This document shows, one piece after another, positions 11,086-18,873 of a stretch of 64,000 nucleotides of DNA. A program made the translations under genes and the position numbers. The stretch's first letter is position 1. Each line of letters starts with the position of its first letter. The DNA is from Candidatus Harrisonbacteria bacterium (lineage in GTDB: Bacteria; Patescibacteriota; Minisyncoccia; UBA6257; 1-14-0-10-40-38): the NCBI GenBank assembly GCA_023245035.1, contig JAHFLD010000001.1, positions 719 to 64,718 of the forward strand, read 5' to 3'. Under the pieces are notes generated by a model. It saw only the letters and a program-made list of their open reading frames with translations, had not been told where the DNA came from and ran no database searches.

Positions 11086-11191
11086 CGAAAAAAAAGAGCC
11101 CTCTTTGCGGGTGGCTCTTTTTCTATGCAAAAGGGAATCGAACAAGGGGTGGGTCGGGGGGAATCGATTGCACCCCCTCCAGCCCGAGCTC

Positions 11192-11220
11192 TTGACGGCA
11201 AACATTTATTGTTCTAGAGT
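11192..11220 (+). promoter_or_regulatory. Sigma70-type promoter
   Basis: TTGACG-17-TAGAGT. Confidence 0.55.
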
Positions 11221-11292
11221 AAAGGCGGTAACTTAGTAGTTTTAGCTTTGTAGGATTAGCTCGTTTACAACCAAAGAAAGCGAAGGTAGCAA

Positions 11293-11778
11293 ATGCAAAT
11301 CGTGCTCGCCGTTCTCTACATACTGGCTGGTATCCTGCTGGCGATTCCGTACTGTCTCCTAGCCGGATGGAACACGGAGAACCTTCCAACGGTGGCCTTC
11401 GTGGCTCCCGCGTTCCTGTTCATCTGGTTCATGACGGCGATCTTCGCAGGCGTTGTCGAGGCCGGTCATCGCCGGCGGAGGATTCACTTCAACTGGCATG
11501 CCGCCTTCGGCAAGAGTGACCGTCGAATGCTACCGGAGTCTCTGCCCTTCTTCTGGGCATGGACTCTATACAGTCTCCTGCCGATCATTCTCCACTGGAG
11601 CGCAGTGCTCCTGGGAAAGACCGGTTACGAAACGGTCGCCTCGCTCATCGACACATATCGGTATGTAAGTCCGTTCTACGTCTTCATGGCAACTCTCATG
11701 CTAATCACCCTCATCGGGATGATGGCCAGCGCATTGGACACAGCGAAGAAATGGTGGACGCGCATCGTGCATCGCTAG
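11293..11778 (+). CDS. Hypothetical multi-pass membrane protein
   Basis: 161 aa, about 4 hydrophobic segments, own promoter, SD-like GAAGGT and terminator. Confidence 0.7.
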   Translation: MQIVLAVLYILAGILLAIPYCLLAGWNTENLPTVAFVAPAFLFIWFMTAIFAGVVEAGHRRRRIHFNWHAAFGKSDRRMLPESLPFFWAWTLYSLLPIILHWSAVLLGKTGYETVASLIDTYRYVSPFYVFMATLMLITLIGMMASALDTAKKWWTRIVHR

Positions 11779-11805
11779 AAGCAAATGAAATTCTACCGCC
11801 ATCTT

Positions 11806-11843
11806 GGCTCCCCACGAGCAATCGTGAGCGGAGCCATTTTTTT
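11806..11843 (+). terminator. Intrinsic terminator
   Basis: GGCTCC...GGAGCC stem followed by T-run. Confidence 0.65.
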
Positions 11844-11999
11844 GCTTTTTTCTAAAAAAATTAAGAAACTAGAAACCATAACGTTGCTGATTTTTTGTTT
11901 AACTTGACGAACATCTATTTATATCCTAGGGTATAAATAGAATAATTGAGCTAAAGTGGCTCAAAAACAGTACATTCCCAACAAAAAGGAGATGAGATA

Positions 12000-12524
12000 G
12001 TGGAAGAGAAAGCGAAACCTGGGGTCATACCTACTACCGACAAACTAGTCAGCCCCTCGGGGGGTACACCGCGCGTGATTGATCCGAGTCACCCCGTGGA
12101 CTATTCGAAGCAAGAGGTTCCGCCCAACTACAAGTGCAGCAAGTGTGGCGCGACTGGTTGCAAGCTCTGGCGTGACTACCAGACACTCCTCAACAATCAG
12201 TCGCTAGTGTGTCTGACTTGCGCTTTCCGCGAGCAGAAAAAGGTTCTAACACCCACGGAAGATGGTCGCTCGCTCTACACGGACAAGGTTCATTACTTGT
12301 ATCGGACTGCGACCACACCGCCCGACCACTGGCATGGCTACGACCCAAAAAAGGGTCCGCCATCGGACGCAATCGAGACGCGGACCGAGCGCGAGAGAAC
12401 AGAAGATATCGGCTGGCGCGTGCCTGCTGTCCCAACCGAGGAGAACGACAACTATTGGGGATGCACCTCGGTCCCGCAAGCGGGTTGGGACTGGTGGGTT
12501 AGGCTGCCTACGATCCCTTCCTAG
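12000..12524 (+). CDS. Hypothetical Cys-rich (CxxC...CxxC) Trp-rich protein
   Basis: GTG start with AAGGAG SD; YKCSKCGATGCKLWR..CLTC; WRVPAVPT..YWG..WWVRLP. Confidence 0.75.
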   Translation: MEEKAKPGVIPTTDKLVSPSGGTPRVIDPSHPVDYSKQEVPPNYKCSKCGATGCKLWRDYQTLLNNQSLVCLTCAFREQKKVLTPTEDGRSLYTDKVHYLYRTATTPPDHWHGYDPKKGPPSDAIETRTERERTEDIGWRVPAVPTEENDNYWGCTSVPQAGWDWWVRLPTIPS

Positions 12525-12557
12525 TCGTCATCGCGACCTTCTCCCCAAGCTTACCAC

Positions 12558-12600
12558 GAGCCCCTTGCGAAACACGTTTTCGCCCGGGGCTCTTTTTTTA
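12558..12600 (+). terminator. Intrinsic terminator
   Basis: GAGCCCC...GGGGCTC stem plus T7. Confidence 0.7.
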
Positions 12601-12713
12601 TAAAATCAAAACCTCTGGTCTATCCCTCCTTAATAATTCAGCAAAACCTCGTTTGACTTCAAATAATACGAGGAACACAATAAAAGATAATCAAAAGCAA
12701 AACTATCAAAACC

Positions 12714-13934
12714 ATGAAAAACAAACTTTTTATAAACCTACTCATCGGCATTTTAAGCTTCGCCGCCCTCTCGACGAGCCAAAACACCAACGCTCTTTCA
12801 TCAACCCTAGGAACAATTCTGTTTCCACCTGGCCAACCGAACACAACCGCCTTTCGAGTGGATCTCGATAGCGACGCCGACGCGGTTATCACCGTTGAAC
12901 AAACCACCGGAGACACCGCCGTCTGGCTCTACGACGCAAACGGGAGGGGACTAAGAAAAATTGGCGTAACCCTGGTGGCTTTGGATGTTAATGAGCAAAT
13001 GCCCTTGGTAACTTTCACGCAATATCTTCATACCGGATCAATTTTTTCACCGAATCAAGTCGCCACCTCAACCACACCCGGTGTCATGGAGGGTACGGTA
13101 ACTATCGACGGCATTCCAACTGTGGTCTCAATAGACGGAAACACTACTCCGTCGCAAGTCACCGTTAACTTTCCGCCTTCTTCCGGCATCAATCCGCTCT
13201 CGTCTCCGGTTTATCCCCAAACCAACTACGCGCCATTTGTAATCGGCAACACTCTTTACGCGGTAGAACCAACGGCCGGCTCGTTTATGGTTCACAAGTG
13301 GTTTAGATACACGGACGGCTTCACGACCGGAATCTATTCCGTACCCTCGGCCATAAGCAACGTCGCAAATCCAGTCATCAGCGAAGTTCAGATAACCGGA
13401 GGAACAGGCAACACCAACAACGACTTTATTGAACTCTACAATCCCATGAGCGCACCCTTTGATCTGGCCGGCTATCGCCTAATCAAAAGAACCGCCTCTA
13501 CCACCAACGACACCACGATCAAATCTTGGAATACCACCACTACACCACACACAATTCCGCCCCACGGCTTTTACCTCTGGGCCAATAGCGCTTACAGCTC
13601 AATTCCCACTCCGGCCGACACGAGTACCAGCATCTCCATAGCCGATAACAACAGCATCGCGCTTCGCCTCGGGGACGAAAACACCGGAACCATTATCGAC
13701 GCCGTTTCCTGGGGCACGGTAAATAACGGCCTCGGCGAAGGATCATCGCTTCCGGGCAATCTTGGCGCCAATCAAAGCTACGAACGCAAAGTCTGGCAGG
13801 GAATTGCTTGTTTCTCCGCCAACGGCATCGCCGAATATTTAGGGAATGGCTGTGACACTGGCAACAACGCGAGCGACTTTAACCTGCGGGGCACCGCCAA
13901 TCCACAAAACAGCTCAAGCCCGCTAGAACCCTAA
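12714..13934 (+). CDS. Secreted protein with C-terminal lamin-tail domain (LTD)
   Basis: Signal peptide; PVISEVQ..NDFIELYNP..DLAGYRL..IPPHGFYLW..IDAVSWG..DTGNNASDF..NPQNS. Confidence 0.8.
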   Translation: MKNKLFINLLIGILSFAALSTSQNTNALSSTLGTILFPPGQPNTTAFRVDLDSDADAVITVEQTTGDTAVWLYDANGRGLRKIGVTLVALDVNEQMPLVTFTQYLHTGSIFSPNQVATSTTPGVMEGTVTIDGIPTVVSIDGNTTPSQVTVNFPPSSGINPLSSPVYPQTNYAPFVIGNTLYAVEPTAGSFMVHKWFRYTDGFTTGIYSVPSAISNVANPVISEVQITGGTGNTNNDFIELYNPMSAPFDLAGYRLIKRTASTTNDTTIKSWNTTTTPHTIPPHGFYLWANSAYSSIPTPADTSTSISIADNNSIALRLGDENTGTIIDAVSWGTVNNGLGEGSSLPGNLGANQSYERKVWQGIACFSANGIAEYLGNGCDTGNNASDFNLRGTANPQNSSSPLEP

Positions 13935-14041
13935 AAAGAACCATCCATTGACACAAACTAACTAAAGCTTTAGTATTTAAACTCCTTTTTCGGAGTGTTC
14001 TGTAAAAGGAAAACAGCACCTTTACCGGGGAGAAAGTAACC

Positions 14042-14257
14042 GTGCTCAACCAAAAGCGAGTCCTCTTCATGCTCTTGGGCGGGTTTTTGTTGTTCTTGGT
14101 AGCTTTTGTCATCAAGGCCATGGAAGCCTACACACCGGGCAGTCAGAGCAACGCCTCCGTCTGGATGCGCGTCTTCGGCACCTGCGCCGCCGTTCTCGCT
14201 GGTTCGGTTATCTACGCCACGCTCCGCGAAGACCAGCGGCAGCAAAACGGCGCCTAG
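14042..14257 (+). CDS. Small two-TM hypothetical protein
   Basis: TTGACA-17-TAGTAT promoter at 13948-13976, GGGAG SD, GTG start, terminator at about 14301-14330. Confidence 0.65.
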   Translation: MLNQKRVLFMLLGGFLLFLVAFVIKAMEAYTPGSQSNASVWMRVFGTCAAVLAGSVIYATLREDQRQQNGA

Positions 14258-14363
14258 AACAAAACCGTCGAATCCTGGATTAAAACCAGGAAGCTCTCTC
14301 AACCCCGTCTTAATAGACGGGGTATTTTTTACCAAAAAAATCTAATATGATATAATCACCAAC

Positions 14364-14513
14364 ATGAACAAATCCATGACGCCACGCCTCGAAGCTCTCT
14401 TCGGCCTCCTGATTGCCGTGCTCGTTGTTCTCATCTTCCGACTCAACATTATTACCGGAAAGTTGCACGCCAACATTCAACAGCTAAGCGCCGCGGCAGT
14501 AAATCTTAGGTAG
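14364..14513 (+). CDS. Small single-TM protein (49 aa, MNKSMTPRLEALFGLLIAVLVVLIFRL...)
   Basis: Translated by eye; TATAAT 7 nt upstream of ATG. Confidence 0.5.
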   Translation: MNKSMTPRLEALFGLLIAVLVVLIFRLNIITGKLHANIQQLSAAAVNLR

Positions 14514-14598
14514 AAGCAAAAAACTAGCAACCCTGCTCTAGCCCGTGATTGGTTGTGTTTTTGAGGACGCCTGTTATTATGGAGACGCGAAGAATTAT

Positions 14599-14671
14599 GG
14601 TGCCTATGGTGTAGTGGTTAGCACAACGGTCTGTGGCACCGTTAGCACCGGTTCAAATCCGGTTAGGCACC
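14599..14671 (+). tRNA. tRNA-His(GTG)
   Basis: G-1 plus GTGCCTA/TAGGCAC acceptor with C discriminator; ACGGT CTGTGGC ACCGT. Confidence 0.93.
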
Positions 14672-14742
14672 CAAGTTATTGTCTGCAGATAAAAAGGATT
14701 TAAAAAAAGTAGCACTCCAATCCAAGACACAGGAATTTCCCT

Positions 14743-14779
14743 TAATACAAAAACCGCCCTTGTCGGGCGGTTTTTGTAT
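14743..14779. terminator. Bidirectional terminator
   Basis: ATACAAAAACCGCCC ttgtc GGGCGGTTTTTGTAT between convergent units. Confidence 0.75.
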
Positions 14780-14787
14780 GCAACTCT

Positions 14788-16092
14788 CTACTGCGGAATA
14801 TCCTCTCGAACATTGGGACAACCGGGATTGGTCGGGCAAACAGGATTCGTTGAGCAAGCCGGCGGTAGTGGGCAACCCGGCGGTATGGGAACGGGTAGGG
14901 TATTGGTAACTGTAGATGAAACCGGCCCGCAAGTATCGGTTCCAAAAGAATTGGTGCAAGTCAGACTAAAGGTATGCGTGCCGGAAGTAAAAGGGCCATA
15001 AGCCTCCGATCCGGTAATTGGCTTGGTTCCGGCAATAGACCAACCATTTCCAGAAGCGACGCAAGCTGGAGTTGGATTGCCCTGCGCCGACCAAGTAACA
15101 GCACCCGAAAGTGGCGCTGGACCGCTCTGCGAAGAAATATTGATTGAGCAAGTTGGCGGAGTATCCGCTGGCGGTGGCGGAGTCACCGTAACCGTAGTCG
15201 CGCAAGGCAAACCAACCACATTTCCGGAGATGGTTCTTGTGCACAAAAGCGAATAATTTCTAGTGGAACCAACCGGACCCAAAACTTCGCTTCCGCCACT
15301 AACCGCCTTACTACCCGTCCAATCTCCAGCAGCAACGCACGACTCCGGATTGTTGGTCGTCGTCCAGTTAAGCGTTACCGGAAATGCCGGTGGTGCCTGA
15401 CCAACGTTAGGCGCCGCTGTAAGAGAACAAGTCGGCGTCAAGCTCACCGCCGCCACATTTCCAGCAAAATGAATCCAACCGAAATCTCCAGAATATACAA
15501 ATCCGTTCACCAAACCGGGATTCGCCAAATCAGCGGCCACTCCATAAGTCTGACCGCCAGTAGTCACGCCGGAAAACTTAACCCAGCCATCATACCCGCC
15601 GTAATTATTCGGGGCATTCGCCGGACCAATCGAAACCGGCGCGTTATTAAAAGCATTATCCGGAATATTCTCAAAAGCCATAAAACGAGCCCAACCAGTC
15701 AAGGCCAAACCCTCGCGGGCAACTGCGTGGTTTGGAGCGGCCGGATAAGGACCGGCCGGTTGAAAATCAAGCCAGCCCAAGTTGCTTGACCATGCATGGC
15801 CAATAACCGGACCGTCTCCGGCTAGCGGAATCGTAATTCCATATGAAGGACCGTTTAAACTAATCCAACCCACCCCGGTAGAAAAAGCGGGGTTGTCCAA
15901 CGGAGTAGAGTTGGGCGGACTTTCAGGCCAAGGAATAGGTGGGCTAGCAGCAAATAAAGACTCATCGGTTGTCGCACCCCACATCCAACCAGCAACATTG
16001 CCGTTAGCGCTTAATTGAGCGGACGCCACCAATGCTCCGCCAAAAAAACAAACTCCGACCAAAAACATTAAAAACCAAGAGGGAAGGCGCAT
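14788..16092 (-). CDS. Secreted/surface protein with GW-rich N-terminal domain and two Cys-containing Ig/PKD-like repeats
   Basis: Signal peptide; AWSSNLGWLDF, GWARF, YDGWVKFSG; repeats PTCSLTA..VTLNW..CVAAGDW..YSLLC and PTCSINI..VTW..CVASGNGW..FSLTC. Confidence 0.75.
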   Translation of the reverse strand: MRLPSWFLMFLVGVCFFGGALVASAQLSANGNVAGWMWGATTDESLFAASPPIPWPESPPNSTPLDNPAFSTGVGWISLNGPSYGITIPLAGDGPVIGHAWSSNLGWLDFQPAGPYPAAPNHAVAREGLALTGWARFMAFENIPDNAFNNAPVSIGPANAPNNYGGYDGWVKFSGVTTGGQTYGVAADLANPGLVNGFVYSGDFGWIHFAGNVAAVSLTPTCSLTAAPNVGQAPPAFPVTLNWTTTNNPESCVAAGDWTGSKAVSGGSEVLGPVGSTRNYSLLCTRTISGNVVGLPCATTVTVTPPPPADTPPTCSINISSQSGPAPLSGAVTWSAQGNPTPACVASGNGWSIAGTKPITGSEAYGPFTSGTHTFSLTCTNSFGTDTCGPVSSTVTNTLPVPIPPGCPLPPACSTNPVCPTNPGCPNVREDIPQ

Positions 16093-16226
16093 ATCAAGAT
16101 GACCTCATTCTACCCCGAGAGGCGCGATAAGAGAACTAGCCAATGTGCATAAGTCAAAAAAACCAAACCCACCGCCGTAACAAAACCCAGCACAAACAAG
16201 AAGACAGCAAAGGCGTAAAGTCCAAA

Positions 16227-18314
16227 TTATTCAAAATGCACTCTAGCCTCAAACAACGCCAAACGATCGCGAAGTTCTGGATGTTGGGCCAGCTCCGGAT
16301 CTTTTTCCAAAACCAAGAAAGCCTCTTTTTTACTCTCGCCGACCAGCTCCAAATTCGCTAGTGCCCGCATCGCATAATCAGGAAATCCCGTTTGCTGATC
16401 GCCCAAAAACTCTCCGGGGCCCCGAAGTTCCAAGTCCATCTCCGCCAACTCAAAGCCATTCTTGGCCCGCACCAAGGCCTGCAAACGACCTCGCGCGGAA
16501 GCCGATTTTGATTCGGTGAACAACAAACAATACGATTGGTGTTCGCCTCGACCGATTCGTCCGCGAAACTGATACAATTGCGCCAGACCAAAAAAATCGG
16601 CGCCCTCAATAATCATCACGCTGGCGTTTGGCACGTTGACTCCGACCTCCACCACCGAAGTAGCCACCAAAACCGAAATCGCCCCGATTGAAAAATCCGC
16701 CATAATCCGCTTTTTTTCCTTGGCCGGAAGCTGTCCGTGAAGCATCGCCACCGAAAAATCGGGAAAGATCTCGCGCGATAACCGCTCATATTCGGCAGTT
16801 ACGGTTTTAACCTCAATCTTTGAAGCCAGCAGAGAAGAATCAGTAACTTCGGCCTCCTTAATTCGCGGACAGATCACAAAAACTTGCCGCCCGCGGCGCA
16901 ACTCCTCCCGAATAAATTCATAGGCCTTGCCTCGGCGATTCGGATCCACAACCTTGGTAATTATCGCCTTACGCCCCTGGGGCAGCTCCCGCAGAGTTGA
17001 AATGTCCAGATCGCCAAAAACAGTCAGCGACAAAGTACGTGGAATCGGCGTAGCGGTCATGGAGAGAAAGTGCGGCACAAAATTCTGGCCTCGCAAAAGC
17101 GACGCTCGCTGACGCACACCAAAGCGGTGTTGCTCGTCCACCACCACCAACGCCAATCGCTTAAAAACCAAATCATCTTGGAGCAAGGCATGAGTGCCCA
17201 CCACGATATCCAGCTCTCCCTTGGCTCCGTCCCGCTTAACACTGTGCTTTTCGGCCAAAGCATGCGAACCGACAAGCAAGCCGATCCTCGGACGGACGGA
17301 AAAACCTGGACCGCTAAAAATCCTGGTCAAAGTTTCATGGTGCTGGCGCGCCAAAATTTCCGTCGGCGCCAAAAAAACCGTTTGAGCTCCGCTGCGAAAT
17401 GCCGTCCAGGCAGCCAAAGCCGCGATAACCGTCTTACCCGAACCAACATCGCCCTGCAACAAGCGATGCATTGGAAAAGACCGGCCAATATCTCTTAAAA
17501 TTTCATCCAAACAATCTTTTTGGCCCGCGGTCAGGCTAAACGGCAAGGCCGAAATAAATTCAGCCCGCCACTCTGGCTTAATCGGAAGCGCCAAAGCCTT
17601 CTCGCGCACCACTATGAGTCGCTGTTTAAAATTCATTATCTGAATCAGAAAAAGATCTTCAAACGCGAACCGTTTTTCGGCACGGCGCGCCTCTTCGAGC
17701 GTCTTCGGAAAATGAATGGTCCGCAACGCTTCAATCAGCCGCGGCAAATTCTGTCGCGCCAAAACCTCAGCCGGAAGCGGATCCGAAATTTTATCCAAAA
17801 CAGCGAGTAACGGCTGGATTAAATAACGCAAACCGCGAGATGTCAGCCCCTTAGTCTCGGAATAAATAGGAATCAGACCGCTCGTATGCCGAGCGACATC
17901 CCCTGGTCGCACCACCTCGTAAGCCGGACTGGAAAAATAAACCCCCTCCTTGCCGTCGCTCACCTTGCCCGCCAATCTCACCGTCAAGCCAGCCCGCAAC
18001 TGATTAACTATATATGGCTGGTTAAACCAAACCACCCTTACTCCACCGGAATCATCGGCCACAATCGCTTCTATAATAGTCATGTTCCGGCGCCAGGCGC
18101 GCCGACTCGTAATTTTCTTTACCTCGCCGCAAACCGTCGCCTGTGTTTTTGGCACCAATTCGGCTATCGGCAAAATCGAGGAGAAATCATCGTACCTAAC
18201 CGGAAAATGAAAGAGCAAATCGCGTACCGTCAAAATTTGAAGTGTTCGTAAGCGCTCTAAAAAATAACTCTTCAATCCTCGGATCTTTGTGAGCTCGGTC
18301 GCTAAAGTAATCAT
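16227..18314 (-). CDS. recG: ATP-dependent DNA helicase RecG
   Basis: LLQGDVGSGKT, DEQHRFGV, MTATPIPRT, QLYQFRGRIGRG, DLELRGPGE; start set at MITLATEL. Confidence 0.96.
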   Translation of the reverse strand: MITLATELTKIRGLKSYFLERLRTLQILTVRDLLFHFPVRYDDFSSILPIAELVPKTQATVCGEVKKITSRRAWRRNMTIIEAIVADDSGGVRVVWFNQPYIVNQLRAGLTVRLAGKVSDGKEGVYFSSPAYEVVRPGDVARHTSGLIPIYSETKGLTSRGLRYLIQPLLAVLDKISDPLPAEVLARQNLPRLIEALRTIHFPKTLEEARRAEKRFAFEDLFLIQIMNFKQRLIVVREKALALPIKPEWRAEFISALPFSLTAGQKDCLDEILRDIGRSFPMHRLLQGDVGSGKTVIAALAAWTAFRSGAQTVFLAPTEILARQHHETLTRIFSGPGFSVRPRIGLLVGSHALAEKHSVKRDGAKGELDIVVGTHALLQDDLVFKRLALVVVDEQHRFGVRQRASLLRGQNFVPHFLSMTATPIPRTLSLTVFGDLDISTLRELPQGRKAIITKVVDPNRRGKAYEFIREELRRGRQVFVICPRIKEAEVTDSSLLASKIEVKTVTAEYERLSREIFPDFSVAMLHGQLPAKEKKRIMADFSIGAISVLVATSVVEVGVNVPNASVMIIEGADFFGLAQLYQFRGRIGRGEHQSYCLLFTESKSASARGRLQALVRAKNGFELAEMDLELRGPGEFLGDQQTGFPDYAMRALANLELVGESKKEAFLVLEKDPELAQHPELRDRLALFEARVHFE

Positions 18315-18369
18315 GAGTGCCGGTCTAACCCAAACCAAACTCAATTTCAAATCACCTCATCTTGCCAAA

Positions 18370-18535
18370 GTGCGTCCACCAGGGGTCGAACCTGGGACCG
18401 TCTCCTTGCAATCGGCAGCGAGATGGAAAATAAATGGCTGAAATTCCTACTTGGTGCGTCCACCAGGGATCGAACCTGGGACCGTCTCCTTGCAATCGGC
18501 AGCGAGATGAAAAATAAATGGCTAAAATTCCTACT
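18370..18535 (-). repeat. Two extra 3' halves (starting at nt 37) of tRNA-Lys, each preceded by a 44-bp linker B (84-bp period)
   Basis: Halves at 18370-18407 and 18452-18491; linkers 18408-18451 and 18492-18535 differ at 2 positions. Confidence 0.92.
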
Positions 18536-18611
18536 TGGTGCGTCCACCAGGGATCGAACCTGGGACCGTCTCCTTAAGAGGGAGCTGCTCTACCAGCTGA
18601 GCTATGGACGC
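18536..18611 (-). tRNA. tRNA-Lys(CTT)
   Basis: GCGTCCATAGCTCAGCTGGTAGAGCAGCTCC CTCTTAA GGAGACGGTCCCAGGTTCGATCCCTGGTGGACGCACCA, 76 nt. Confidence 0.95.
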
Positions 18612-18793
18612 ACTAAATAGAAATTTCTATGGCTATTTATTTTCGACGAGCGAACCGATTGGTATTTAGAGGGAGCTGCTCTACCAGCTGAGCTATGGAC
18701 GCACTAAATAGAAATTTCTATGGCTATTTATTTTCGACGAGCGAACCGATTGGTATTTAGAGGGAGCTGCTCTACCAGCTGAGCTATGGACGC
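18612..18793 (-). repeat. Two extra 5' halves (nt 1-35) of tRNA-Lys, each followed by a 56-bp linker A (91-bp period)
   Basis: Halves at 18668-18702 and 18759-18793; identical linkers 18612-18667 and 18703-18758. Confidence 0.92.
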
Positions 18794-18804
18794 AAAGCGC
18801 ACCT

Positions 18805-18833
18805 ATTGTACAACAATATAGGCGGGCTTTCAA
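18805..18833 (-). promoter_or_regulatory. Promoter for the nested tRNA-Lys locus
   Basis: TTGAAA-17-TACAAT on minus strand, just upstream of the outermost 5' half. Confidence 0.65.
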
Positions 18834-18873
18834 CACACCGAAAGACCCTTGCCCTGTGGTATGATAATATCCA

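Noticed and set aside
16110-16226. Hydrophobic open frame continuing after the recG stop (possible readthrough TM tail)
   Set aside because: RecG ends at a normal position with TAA and there is no evidence of translation; probably a T/G-rich strand artefact.
18347-18620. Short repetitive ORFs over the tRNA-Lys array
   Set aside because: Translations of the tRNA repeats, with no coding evidence.
18408-18758. Group I intron or archaeal BHB intron in tRNA-Lys
   Set aside because: The linkers are too short for a ribozyme core, no clear bulge-helix-bulge is visible, and the break is at position 36 rather than 37/38.
18370-18793. CRISPR array
   Set aside because: The repeats are tRNA halves, the 'spacers' are near-identical to each other, and there are no cas genes.
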